In this document: positions 20,375 to 43,504 of the stretch, piece after piece
Numbering within the stretch: the stretch's first letter is position 1
How the letters are laid out: every line of letters begins with the position of its first letter
Made by a program: the position numbers and the translations under genes
The notes under the pieces: generated by a model
What the model was told of the DNA's origin: nothing
Seen by the model: the letters and a program-made list of their open reading frames with translations, nothing else
Database searches by the model: none
Assembly: GCA_963693365.1 (NCBI GenBank)
Contig: CAVNZM010000004.1
Span: 11,994,468-12,058,467 of the forward strand
Length of the DNA stretch: 64,000 bases
From: Amoebidium appalachense
Lineage: Eukaryota > Protista > Ichthyosporea
Direction of reading: 5' to 3'

Positions 20375-20571
20375 GGGGAACCCCAACTAATTGATTTCTC
20401 CTTGTAGTCTTTATGGTGTCTCGTAGAGAAAGTAAACCCTGATATATAGTCACCACCCGACATCTATGTACGTGATCATGATATACCGCTGAGGGGATAT
20501 TCCGAGCAAACCCCCCCCCCCCCATACCTGAGACTGGTTCTCTTTGCCTCGAGTAAACAGCGTAAACCCCC
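18989..20571 (+). mobile_element. LINE family A, 5'-truncated copy A2
   Basis: ORF 19009-20202 is identical in translation to the last 397 aa of A1. Same 3' UTR, with internal poly(A) at 20330-20373 and terminus GTAAACCCCC at 20562-20571. No TSD found. Confidence 0.95.
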
Positions 20572-20932
20572 AGACAGACTTCACACTGCAAAGTGTTTAC
20601 ACTTCAAAGATCTCCAGCCGATTGGAAGATCCGTGTGATTGGCTTCTTACAGGAGGGTGATATCACCCAATACTCCTCGCCTATTTCAGTAATTGTTTCA
20701 AGGATATTCAATCAATCAAGACAGTGTCAATCCCACAAGACAGGAAGTAAGTCACCGTGAGTGGCTACATAAATCATCCTAATAACTTTTTCTATTAGCA
20801 TATTTCCAGTTAAATAGTTTTTTATGTAGCAAGGAACTTGAGGCGTAAATTTTTGTAAAATTCTGTTTACTTTTAAAGTTTTTCATGGATCTTAGATAAC
20901 ATCATATTCACGCCCCACATCATCGGGAGTTT

Positions 20933-20967
20933 CATGATCCCATGATCCCATGATCCCATGATCCCAT
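20933..20967. repeat. (CATGATCC)x4 minisatellite
   Basis: Read directly: CATGATCC CATGATCC CATGATCC CATGATCC CAT. Confidence 0.85.
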
Positions 20968-21389
20968 CGTCCGCGATTGGTGCGCAGTCATGTAAATTCC
21001 AATGTAAACATTGATGACTCAGCAAGCGCTCATTGGTTAGGAACGCATCAAAAGGTACGTGCACCTGCACCACGGCCCTCAGTGACTCTGAGTCTCGAGA
21101 CTCCGACTACGTGATAAGTTACATGGCAAAGGCGCCGTTCACTCTGCGATCGTACATACATCGATCATCTGGGCGCCATGTTGGCTAGATTGACACATCA
21201 AGTGAAAACGTGGCGAAACACTCGCTCATGATGGTACACAACGCGCAGACCGTTGCTATTATTACCTTCGAATTGGGGCCACAATATCAAAGATACACAC
21301 TGTATTATCAACCTGGAATTGGGCTCACACAAGCAAGGATGCACACTGTCGGGGCCTAGAGCGCGGGCACATGTCAACGACAGCCTCCC

Positions 21390-21438
<49 letters not shown>

Positions 21439-21995
21439 ACACACACACAACACACACAAAACCACACACACTGCACACGCGCGCATCGGACACATTCAAA
21501 GTTTTCTCCTTTTGGCTCCCTCCCCAGTGACTACCGCACGTGGCTGCATGCCTCGGGCGGACTCTACACTCACTAACTAATACAGGCATACACAAGCCCA
21601 CACACACGCGCGCGCGCACACACGCGCACACACGCGCACATGCATGCACTTGATGGTTTTTTTCCAGTTTTTTTTCTCTCTATTCCTCTCTCAGTCGTTG
21701 CCTCGCCGGGCCTCCGGATCCGGGCTCTTTCTCTGGGTTCCCTCCCCTCCCTTTCCACAACATGATGCCCGAGATATTTGCACAAACACACAAACACACA
21801 CTGCGAGCCCCCATCCCCCCCCTCTCACCCCTGACCACCTCCCTCCCCTCCCCCTCCGCCCCCCACCCACCCCACCACCACCACCACCAACCCCCTTCCC
21901 CCTCTCCGCATGCATGGCCCAATGCACACGTGTACACACATAATCGTACACCCAGGGTGATACACACAAACACATACAAGGACGCACACACGCAC

Positions 21996-22067
<72 letters not shown>

Positions 22068-23449
22068 ACACACACAGACGCACACACGTACACTACACAC
22101 ACAGAGTGTCACACACGTACACGCGCACAAACAACAAATGATACACACAATGAGCAAGCTAACCTTTCCCTTTGTTATGTTTGAGAATTCATGGGAACGC
22201 CTCTCGGAAGTGAGTGGTTGAGAAGAGGAAGCGAGGGAGAGGTGTATGAGAACGACCCGCTTGGGAGTAGTGGTGCCACGGAGCACTTGGAGTGCCGGTC
22301 TCGCCACCCATGAAGATTTTTTTTATTGTTGGAGGGAGAGAGGGAGGGTGGATGGGATTAGTAGGGTACTGGGGCGGGGGGGAGGTCGGGGAGGGGGGGG
22401 CGAGGGGGGGGGGGGGGGGGGGGGGGGGGAGAGGATCAATGATCCCAAAGGTTAACCCGTAAAACCTTGGGTCGAGAAGGGCGAGGGCCGGGGGGAGGGA
22501 GAGGGTGGGTGGGTGGGGGGGGGGGGGGGGGGGGGGGGGGACCCCCCACCCACCCGTCGAGGATGTGGGTCCCCCCGGCCCCCTCCTCCCCCTCTCCCTT
22601 AGGGATTCTTGATTTCGAAACGGCCACTGGGCGGAATGTTGTAGTAACGTTTTTGGTGGAAGGTCCCCCCCCTCCCCCCCCCCCCCCCTTGGTGACAAGT
22701 AACCCCCCCCCCCCCCCCCCCCCACCCTGCCGCTACTAGTACTAGGGGGAGGGGGGGGGGGGGGGGACTCCTCCACATGTACAGGCAAGTGACTATCTAT
22801 ATCAGATAATCTGATCACATCTACTAATTCTACGACGTATCTGCGGTTCACACACATACACAAAAACGTGAACATTAAAAGCTTATTATTAATTAGGAAT
22901 ATTTGATATGATCACCTGAAAACCTTTGAAACTCAGGCATGATATGTGAACACTGTCCAGTCATGCTCGAGAGTACCCCCCCCTCTTCCTTCGCGGGCCC
23001 GGGCGGGACTTGTCATCAGTACATCTCCCGACCGTGCGCACACACGTGCACAAATGCGCAAAACTGTTTCACACGTAACTTAATTCACACGGTACGGTCG
23101 GACGCACACACAGATGTACAGACCACAAACATCATTCAGTTATGATTCGACATTAATTTTACTATGTACATATGTGCATGCCTTGGGTCATGCATTTTTA
23201 TATGATACAATAAAGAATCTCGGGCCCCGAGACACTCGAATACTTCTGTTGTAATAGTGTGAGCTGGGACGTGTGAGTAATGGCCCTGACCATCCAAAAT
23301 CATGATGATCATGTGCATAATATGCGCTGTGTGCAGTGTACATACATGTATGTGTGTGTGTTACCGTAAGGGATTCCCCCCCACCCCCCCAGGTAGCTGC
23401 AGGGGTGGGTGGGTCCTCCCCCCCCCCCCCCCCCCCCCCCCCCCCCTGG

Positions 23450-23491
<42 letters not shown>

Positions 23492-24136
23492 CCTCCCCCC
23501 CGAACCCCCAAGGCTCTTTTCCATGCCACCCACCGAAGGCGCAAGGCTGTATTCGGCACGGTCAAATATATGGATTTTTAGAGGCCAGGTCATCTTGCTC
23601 ACCGTGTAGTGCTCGTGTGCGTGTCAGTGTGGGGGATATGGCGATGAGACTGGGTATGTGGTGTGTGCGAGTGCCGGCATCTGCATGTTCATGTCGGATG
23701 CGCATGGCTGGTTCGCACACCTCTTGTGCGTTGTTACCAAAAATGATGACTGCACATGACTCTCGGCGAGACTGTGTTAGGTTAAAATCAACATTACTGC
23801 GGTTAATGATTATAGTTTACTATTCTAAGAAATCAGAAATTATTATTCGGATACTGGACTACTGTATCCTCATCTCTTTTCCCAGCGGCATCTAAACTCA
23901 TCTAGCCAACAGTAGGAAATATATTGTTGGCCTATAGGTGTTTGCATGTACATATGTACGCGTACAACTAGTATTTACAGAAGTCATGCTATTTCGAATT
24001 CAAGCACCCTTTGCCAGTCTATTTAGTCTTTGACTTTCCAGATTCACACTGTACTCGGTGTGTTCTTACTTATATAAAAGCAGCAGGAAACAGCTGCCTT
24101 GGTAAATAATTGCTCGTATAATGGGGCAGTTAACTG

Positions 24137-24168
<32 letters not shown>

Positions 24169-24235
24169 TTGTGTGTGTGTGCGTGCACGTGCGTTTATCT
24201 TTATTCTTATTTTTCTGTGTGTGTATGTGTGTGTG

Positions 24236-24335
<100 letters not shown>

Positions 24336-24668
24336 TTTTTTTTTTGGGGGGGGGGGGGGATGTGCTGATAGAAAAAAAAGTAAGTGTCCCACGGAACCCG
24401 GAGTGTGGTATTAACATAGCTTGCTGGCCCACTTTTGTATTAAGAGTCCCCAAACAATCCCTGCTAAGTCAACGCTTATTGTTGGAATTTCTAGCGCACC
24501 TTGTATGCCCCAAATAGGGCCCTGGGTAATTCAAGTGCTCTGGATCTATTGGGCTGCAGCAGGCCATGAGCAACCTGTTATTAGCCGCAGCGTTGTGTTC
24601 GGTGACGTCTACACTTACGTCGCAATGACATCATCTTGACACCACACCGTCAAAGGGTAAAATAGACC

Positions 24669-34883
<10,215 letters not shown>

Positions 34884-35015
34884 ATTGCTGTTTCAGTGTG
34901 GCGTGGACCTGGATTCGGGGGTCCGGGGGAGGGGCTGTCGTGAGGCCTCGGTAAAGAAGAGTTAGGTTGTCTCTGGTTGTCTCTTCCCCAATAAAACTCC
35001 GGTGCTCAACCCGTG

Positions 35016-35056
35016 CCCCATACCTGAGACTGGTCTCTCTAAACAGCGTAAACCCC
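35016..35056 (+). mobile_element. 41-bp remnant of the LINE A 3' terminus
   Basis: CCCCATACCTGAGACTGGTCTCTCTAAACAGCGTAAACCCC compared with A2 20520-20570 CCCCATACCTGAGACTGGTTCTCTTTGCCTCGAGTAAACAGCGTAAACCCC. Confidence 0.75.
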
Positions 35057-35070
35057 TAGTATAGTAATAT

Positions 35071-35292
35071 TGTAATATTTTTCTTTTGACTGGATTTATT
35101 CGACGGAAAGATATGCAAGTATGCACGGCATACTGAGAAGACAATAAAAACTTCACGAGTTATCCAGTAACAAGTGCATACTGAGATACCTGAACACTGT
35201 GTGAAAATCATATAAATACTCAATGTGACGACCAACAGAGTTCAACAAAAAGTCGAAAGTGTTCACATTGCCAGCTAGTGTAGCAGACACCC
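35071..35292 (-). mobile_element. LINE family B, short 3' fragment B3
   Basis: Its reverse complement matches the last about 220 bp of B2 (about 46357-46578), including the ORF end ..YLSMHLLLDNS and the 3' UTR ..CCAGTCAAAAGAAAAATATTACA. Confidence 0.9.
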
Positions 35293-36000
35293 AGGCGAGC
35301 CAGACGAGTAGTGCGATTGGCTTCTAATCATGTCGCGTGTTAGGCGCCCCATCGGCCAGCTCGTTTCGCATGTCAGAGGGCCTTCCGACTTCGAACTTAG
35401 GAAGAGTCAACGTACGTTGCCGATGATAGCTATAGCGACCGTTCTTACCTCCGTTACAAACATACTGTTAGAGATAGCATTATGGTTCTAGTGATATTAT
35501 ACATATACATAATACTATTGTGCTATCTTCTGCGCCTGCATCGGCTCCTAATAGTGCGCGAGCTGGCCTGCCTCTGTTTTGGTTGAGGTGTGCAAACGTG
35601 CAAGGGCACACATGCAAGCACACTTTGTTCGAGCAGCCAAGTTAAAGCCTAACTTTTATAAAGCTTTTAATATAAAGGACTTTCGCGTGATTCAACGTGG
35701 AGTAACATCCTGTTTCCCATGCCTTCCTTGGCATGGTCGTGAGCGCTTCGAATTCTGCTTCGTGCCCTACCTCCCTCCCCCCCCCCCCCCCCCCCCTCTC
35801 TCTCCCCCTCACTCCCTTTCCACAGAACACCTCCCCGGGCCTCTATGTTCCCCTCTCCCCCATCACCCTCCCTTTCTATCCCCATGTAGGCTCCCCCCTG
35901 CTCCCCCTCATCCCCGGTTGAAGCCCTACAACAGAACGTTTTTTTGCTACTCCAACCACACACTCAGTACGTCCACCCACACTGCACCACTTTCCCCAAG

Positions 36001-36033
<33 letters not shown>

Positions 36034-36141
36034 TTCCTTCCCACCTTTGTGCCCTTTTTTCTTTCCCCTGTTGGTACCCCTTTCTCCTTCTCGTCACGTT
36101 CTCTGCTGTCGTTCTCCTAACACCGATCTGACCGACTCCAG

Positions 36142-36183
<42 letters not shown>

Positions 36184-37157
36184 TCTTCCCCCTAACTCCG
36201 AGGGCTCTGGTGAACACTGGCCTTCACCTCCCTCCCTTTTCCCCCTTCCCTTCCGACACGCACATACCACTAGGCTATAGTATTACCAACCATATCCCCA
36301 AATCCGACCACGGTCCTTGCTTCCCCCCCTCAGGGGTGCCCTCCCCCCTTTTTTTACACAATAACTTTACAAGCACAAGAAAGGAAGTGTATTCCCTTCT
36401 CACCTCTCTTAACTCGTCTTGCCAGTGGAATAAAAGGGGGGATGTGGGGAGGATGGGCTGGCGGGGGTGAGGAGAGCAGGGTGAGAGGGCAAGGATGGTA
36501 AGCTGAAAGAGAGGATGAGAACGTTTACGGTGTGTGCATGTGCGTGTGTGTGTGAGATGGTGTGTGATCGAGTGTGTGCAACGGTGTGCGTGTGTGCAGA
36601 ACTGTGGGTGCAGGGGCGCGCGCGCGCGCGTGTGTGTGTGTGTGTTTGTGTGTGTGCGTGTGTCCGTGTGTGCATGTTGGCGTGTGTGCGCGCATGCGTG
36701 CGGGCGTGCGTGTGTATGTGTGTGAGTGCCTCCTATATTAGGTGTGTGCTATTCATGGCCGTGCACGCATGTGCGCGCCCGCACGCACGCGCGTGTGTGT
36801 CTGTGTTTGAGTGAGTGGGTATCATTGGGTGTGTGTATGTGTGTGGACACGTGCGCGCATGTGTGTAGAGGCTCCCCAGGAAACATATGGCAGCAGGTGG
36901 AAGCTGTTAGCTCTGGGTAGTGCCGGCACAGGTGTGAAACGGTGTGAAATGAGTGAGTGTGTTTGTTGGGGGAAAGGGGGAGGGGGGGGGGGGGGGGAGG
37001 GGGGTTGGACCCCTTTCCCCCCCCTCCCACCCTCCATTCTCTGCACGTACACCCCTGTCAGGACACTTGTGTTCGGCAAGATCAAGAGAAACTATGTGCC
37101 GCCCACCTCCCCTCTATGTGAATGCACACACAAAAACACTGCAACTATCCCCCGCCT

Positions 37158-37173
37158 CGGTTAGAGTGTCCTT

Positions 37174-37205
<32 letters not shown>

Positions 37206-37302
37206 TAGAGTGTCCTTTCCACCCTCCCCTCCCCTCCCCCTCCGTTAGAGTCTCCTTTCCACCCTCCCCTTCTCCCCCCTCCGTCTCAGTCTCCTTTCCA
37301 CC
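37158..37302. repeat. Degenerate minisatellite, 4 units of about 40 bp
   Basis: CGTTAGAGTGTCCTTTCCACCC-like core followed by C-rich spacers at about 37158, 37202, 37242 and 37281. Confidence 0.7.
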
Positions 37303-38449
37303 CACCCCTGAGCTGCCCTTTGCCCATCCTTGTGGTCTCGGCCATGCACGTGAGCAAGATTGCTTGAAATATTAACTGCTAGTATGGATCATTGCTGGCT
37401 TTACGGCGGCGTTTAGCTACCTGCAAGAGTTCTCGGTTCGTGCCTGAGTACGCCGGCAAGAGGCCCCAAGGCACTTGGGTGCTCAGCGCACACGTGCGGT
37501 TGCATGCTTGCGATTATTGCACAGCGGCAAGAAAAAGAGCCAACTAAACACAAAAATATATTCTAAGCCACGTATACTTTCGAGGTCTCGCCTATTACGC
37601 GTCTGCGCCAAGTTCGGGTTATCTTTATCTCTTGCTATACGTCCATCCACGTCAACGTTCAAACTGAGACTCCGACTGACACAGCCGTCACTGAGGTACG
37701 CGGCTATCAGAAGCTGTCAGGCAGCCGGCGAAACACTAGTTTGAGAGCCAGTCTGATTGGCTAGCAAGCCAAGCAAAAGAAATCGGTCGTCTGCTGCGCT
37801 CAAGCGAAAACCAATCAATCGATTCCAGAATCTTTTACTTCACTCACATTTCGTAAATTTTTTCATATGGATAGATCGTAGCTTAGTGAAGGGACAAGCC
37901 ACCTAGCCTAGGGGGGCAAAACCAGAATTGTACCCGATGATCCGGCGAGGAAGGCGGAAAACAAGAACTTGTTAAAAGCGCTGTAATACCTATAGAAAGC
38001 TAACTTTAATACACTATTTTTCAATAAAACATTTTTTTATTATATTTACTAAGTTTTGAACATAGTTAGTACCTCTAGTTGAACACTACTTAAGTACTGC
38101 AAGCGCTGGGCGCCGCGGTGCGGCTAAGCCGCTTGTAGCGCTAAGTGGCTATATATCAGTATATACTCTTACCGTTTGCTTTCATTGGCTAGTGCAGGAA
38201 TGCTGTTGGTATATATAAAGAGGACACACAGGTGAAGACAAACACTTTCTGTGAGTGTTTTCCCTTCATTTGTTTCCTGGTTATGGAGCGCTAAAGAGAT
38301 ACATCCTGCGCCCACATCAATCAAAACCATTTACCCCCACTCTGGAAATTGGTCTTTAGCCGCCAGCCAATCACACAGATGTCCGGACCCGCCTATGTAT
38401 TCAAACGTAAGGCGGCGGCACTGCTCTGTTATGAGCGTGGTCACGTGTA

Positions 38450-39320
38450 GGTAGTGTGCATGTGTGTGTGATATGTTTGTGTGTACTTGTTATGTACTTC
38501 TCTGTGTGTATGTATGTGTTTGTGTTACACATTTGTTTGTTTTTGTGTGCGTGTGCGCACAATTGTGCAGGTCTCTGTGTGCATTCGTTTGTCTGTGCGT
38601 ACATGTATATTGTACACGTGCATGTGTGTTTGTGTTACTTTAAGCTTTGTGTGTTTGTGTGTGCCTGTGTGCGTCTAAGCACGTGTGTGTTTGTGTATAG
38701 GTGTATGTATATATGTGTGTGTATCATCGGTGGTGTGCACGTGTTTGTTTCTTTGTTTGTTTGTGCATGTATGCATGTGTGCTACTATGTGTTTGTTTCT
38801 CTCCCTGTGCGTGTGTTTATTGTATGTGTGTACACGTGTTTGTGTTACGTGTGTGTAGTGGCATACGTGTTTGTTTGTGCTCGTGTATTATGTGTGCCTA
38901 TGTGTGTAGACGTGAGTGTGTACATGTGTGTGCACCTGACATTTTGTGTGTGTCTATGTGTTTGTTTGTTTTTTTGTCTGTGTTTTTGCACGTGTGTGGT
39001 GTGTAACTGTGTTGTGTGTACGCCGTGTGTACTATGTGTACATGTATACATTTCTTTGTTTTGTGATTATTTGTTTGTGTGTGTAGGCGCGTGTGTACAT
39101 GTGTGTGTACACGTGTACATGTGTGGGCGTGTTGATGTGTTTGTGAACAGTATTTTTTTTGTTCGTATGTGTGTGTGTGCATGTGTGTGTACACGTGGTT
39201 GTGTGTGTGAGTGTGTGCAGAGTGAGTGTGTCGCATGTCGCAATTGTGTGGAATTCGCTGGGGGGGGGGGTAATTGCGTGTGTGGTTGTGTGTTGTTATG
39301 TGTGACCATTTTTGTGTGAC
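38450..39320. repeat. About 870-bp degenerate (TG)-rich tract
   Basis: Interrupted TG/TATG/TTTG repeats. The 287-aa C/V-rich ORF here is a by-product. Confidence 0.85.
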
Positions 39321-41700
39321 CCTTCTTTGGGTACCGTAAAGTTTGTGTTTAGTGCACTAAGTGGCACTAGTAGTCGGCATAGTGCTTTGTAAATGAACTT
39401 TTGTACGCGTACTGTTTGTATTAGCAGGCTTATAATTTGTTGGCTTAGCCAAACAACTTTTTACCTTCACTAATTCCGTTTTTGCCTTGGATTATTGTGT
39501 TGGTACTCATTATGTCTCATTTATGGGTTCGTATTGTGCCATTGAAGCACTATGTGTTGTATTTGGCAGATGCGTAGAAGCCTGTTTGTGCTTCCTTCAA
39601 CATAGTCACCTTTAATGGGTGGTCCATGGGAAGTGTCCTTGTTAGAGTATGGTTTTCACCTGTGGTGGTAAATGGGGTTCTTTAGTGGTTTCCCATTTGT
39701 AAGTCACCGATTTTTTCGTAGGTCAAAGTGATATGACCTGTGTGGCTTTTAAAGGCACGTTCCGTTAGTGTGTTTGTCGCGGGTCACGGTTGATATGTGT
39801 ATACACTTCCTTTTTTTGTGTTACTCACCGTTATATAGTTGTTGTGGAGACTTTCAGTCCGTGTGTTCTTTCTTTTGTTGTAGGGTGCTCCAACCCTTAA
39901 TGTACACCATGGCATGTAGTCATGACTTTGTCGGAATGTGTTTCATATATTGCGCAATGCTCCGCGCCTGCAACAAATATGAAGGACTGCTTTGTATGTG
40001 TGTGAGGGTAATGGGATCAACCACATACCTCTCACTGTGATCTTTTTGTTAAGATCTCGAACATTTATTTGTGTTCGTGCCCCTTTTTGTTTGTGATAGC
40101 CAGACAGCACAGCTGTTGGTATCGTGAGGCAAATGTCACGGTGCACTGTGTGAATGTTGAGGTTAGGCCCGTGACTAAACCTCAACAGTCGTGGAGCTGT
40201 GCACTTACTTTGCAGTCTGTCTCCTTTACACATTGCTCCTTGTGTGAGGGGCAGTTTTTTGTATGCCATAACATGATGCAGCATGCATAGTGGAGTATGT
40301 TTTCACTCCGTACCCATTCTCCCATGTGTAACTTAAAAGTTTTGGGTGGGTATTATTTCAATCTTGTTTATGATATATAAATGGCCTACGGCATAGATGA
40401 TTTATAGTGTAGGCCTAGGTGTGAGCTCGGTTTGTGTTGTTGTTGACGTCAAGGTGTTGTTTAGTGCATGCAAGGGGGACCCTCGTGGTGATAGTGTTGA
40501 GCATTGCATGTGGGAGGGAGTGTCTCCGTTTTCAAGTTGTGTACCTTTTTATTTTTCCCCCTTTTTGTTTTCTTTCCTTCTTTTTTGGTTCTTAATTGTC
40601 TGTAGCTCTTGTTGTTTCAGTGACCGTTCTTTTTAAAGATATCGGTATCTGAGAGCTGTGTGCATGTGTTGTGTCCGATGCATTGTATGAATTTATTGCC
40701 ACTATTGCATCCCCTTTGTTTTTATGCACTGTGTCAAGGAGAGCAAGTATGTAGCTCGACTTGCATGTGCGCGTTACTTGAGCGTTTTGTAATTTTTACC
40801 CCAGAGTTTAGCCTTGGTAATACATACCAGGTGGAGACTTACAGTTTTGTTGCTGGGAACCGTGGCTACTTTGTAGTGAGAGCCATACGGACGTAGTGAT
40901 TGTGGCCGGTGGTATATAGGGCAGGGTAGTATACGTAGCTGTATGGCATAAATAATACCCTGGGACATTTAGTGCATATATACGGGGCATGGCCCTGATA
41001 GAAGGTCGAATATTTTCCTGCGGGAAACGCACCAGTAGCTTCAGGCCCCGAGATAGTCCCACCGTACTCTGTACCCGTTCACTTCTACCGTTGCCACCGT
41101 TCTTGGCAAGCTACACTTGCAATCGCGTGTAAGGCTTGCCGCACTTGGTACATGTGTGGTGTTGTGGTTTGTTGTGGTTTGAGAAGTTGAAGGTGTTTGG
41201 TTGTAATTTTTAAGTCATCTCATACAGAATGAATGGGCTCCTCTCGGCCGTGCCAATGTCATGTCGTGTGTAGCTGCCCAGGCTGCACACACAAACACGT
41301 GTGCTCTCCAAGGAGACACACTTTAGATGGCAGGCCATCACCACAGCCACTCAAGGGAGGGTGGGCGGGAAAAACAAAATACTTGACTAGAGAAAACAAC
41401 CGTTTACGGGCCTCAGGAGGCCCTGCCAACTTGCTAGACTAAGGACACATTCTGCTCAGGAGCAGTGCCAGCGACTGAGAGGCCTACGAATCTGCGGGCT
41501 AGCGGTTTATATACACGCAGGATATGGCTCACAACATCCGATTGGCTACAGGGGAATGTAAAGACCAAATATGGCTACACTTAAACAGGACCAATCATTG
41601 CACTTACATGCCACGTACAGAGGACTGATTGGCTAAGCGATACGTATACCTAGAGACTAACCAATCGGAATGCAAAGTAGCTGGCAGTTCGAATTCCACA
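39320..41700 (-). mobile_element. Possible heavily decayed LTR retroelement
   Basis: On the minus strand a CCAAT-box cluster (41540-41666) and TATATAA (about 41507-41513) precede ..CATGACA-T-TGGCACGGCCGAG, which resembles an LTR end plus PBS (about 41243-41263). Downstream are a CTKCGK motif, a protease-like VEVNGYRVRWDYLGA* stretch (about 41040-41150) and A/C-rich strand skew. No intact ORF, second LTR or TSD found. Confidence 0.3.
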
Positions 41701-42002
41701 TGTCACTTCGTCGTCGTGGCTGCAGCCGTTCCTCAAAGAAAACCCGTTTAAAAACGAACCATTGATCGGGATAATCAAGAGTGTCGGGATATCCGCCAAT
41801 CCGGATAGCATCCGGATATTCGCTCAGTGATAGCACAGTTCAGGAGAACTTGTTGGGGTTTACACACTTTTTATTGCGTGGACACCGCCGGAGGCCCAGC
41901 CACATTCGACGGCCTACTGCGTTTTCCAGCGCAGCCAATCAAATGCAGCCAGTGACATATGTACATGCTATTAGAAGGAATGTATCGGGGTAAAAATACA
42001 TC

Positions 42003-43460
42003 GCGGACGCGCGGCGGTCAATGGAACATTAACACCCGGTTTTTCCCGTTCCCGGGGTCTTCTGCAGGGGTCCCTCCTGAGTCCGTTGTTGTTTGACGTT
42101 TTCATTGACGATTTAGCCTGCGCCCTCGAACCCTTTGGCCAACTGCATACCCGTCGTGTACCGGGTCTCCTTTTTGCGGACGATATTGTTCTTTGTTCCT
42201 TAACCGAAGATGTCATGCACCAGATGCTTCGTCAGGTGGATCAATGGTGCACCAAGAATTTCATGACAGTCGGAATTGCAAAGTGTGCTACTTTTTCGAA
42301 GAACACTTCCTTTCGATTGGCCGGCCTTCCTATTCCTGTTCAGAGCACCTATGACTATTTGGGTATTCCTTTTACTGCACGGGGTATTGATTTCCGCAAG
42401 CTCCTCACAGCACGGATTGCTCGTGCGAAGGGTAAGCTTCACATCGTGTCAAATATGTTTCAACAGGAGTCTGTGATCCATCCTGCGAACCTTCTTCTCT
42501 ACTATAAAACTTTTTTACGGCCGACTTTCGAATACGGACTTCCGCTATTGGCCTGCGCCCCACCTCGCGAGGCGGCAATGGCGCTGAACGAGTTCGACGA
42601 TTTTCAGGGTACTGCGCTACGCACTTTGTTTCGTACTCGGTTTGTGCCTCCCTTAATCAGTATGTTTGGATTGTCGTCTGCTGTTTGTCGTATGGAGGAA
42701 TTGTCTCTTCGTTTTTGTTTTCATTTAGTTAGGCTACCTGATGGTCACCCTCTTTATGCTTTCTTTCCCCCCCTCCCTCCATCCCTCTTCCCCCCCGATT
42801 CACCAACGCTACTTCTGAATGTCCTCAGCCTACCCTCTTTCCACCTGATTCTTCCTCTCGCTATCTCACTCCCTCTTTCTTTTCTCTTCCTGTTTTTTCT
42901 GCCTTTTCGCGTTATTACCATACGCAGTATAAGTTTCTTTCTCTTCTGATAGAAAAATCAAAGGTAAAACTCAGTCGGCATGTGTTATGTTCCTTAGGCA
43001 ACACCGTACTGATCATTATCGCTTTTTGGGAGCTTTGGCAGGATACATTTCTCCTGCTGTACGTATGGATACCACCCTAGTAGATAAGTCTGTATGGTGC
43101 TCTGATGTTGATATTGCCTGGGAAGTTGTGCAGTGGCGCTGTAATTCTTGTTTTCATCGCCGCTGGTGCCACTTTTGTGCTGACCTTTTTAATCGCAAGC
43201 ATGTTGATAGGTGTGAATTTTTATGTCGCGTTTTACCTCTTTCCCTCCGGGTATCTGCTACACTAGCTGGCAATGTGAACACTTTAGACTTTTTGTTGAA
43301 TTCTGTTGGTCGTCACATTGGGTATTTATATGATTTTCACACAGTGTTCAGGTATCTCAGTATGCACTTGTTACTGGATAACTCGTGAAGTTTTTATTGT
43401 CTTCTCAGTATGCCGTGCATACTTGTCATATTTTTCCGTCGAATAAATCCAGTCAAAAGA
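42003..43460 (+). mobile_element. LINE family B, 5'-truncated copy B1
   Basis: 11-bp TSD AAAAATACATC (41992-42002, 43461-43471). RT C-terminal half (QGSLLSP, FADD, YDYLGI) and a WRCN..CHFC..FNRKHVDRC tail. Two 1-nt deletions relative to B2. Confidence 0.92.
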
Positions 43461-43504
43461 AAAAATACATCAATACTTTGAAAGGAAGAACCCCCCACAC
43501 ATAT

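Noticed and set aside
37933-37962. Hammerhead-like CCGATGA..GGAAA
   Set aside because: The core deviates from CUGANGA, stem II does not close properly, and stems I and III were not found.
38101-38150. GC-rich hairpin (GCGGCTAAGCCGC) as a Helitron 3' end
   Set aside because: No second copy, no matching 5' TC end and no convincing CTAG terminus in the window.
39247-41700. 11-bp inverted repeat TGTGGAATTCG as transposon TIRs
   Set aside because: No TSD, and a match of this length can arise by chance over a few kb.
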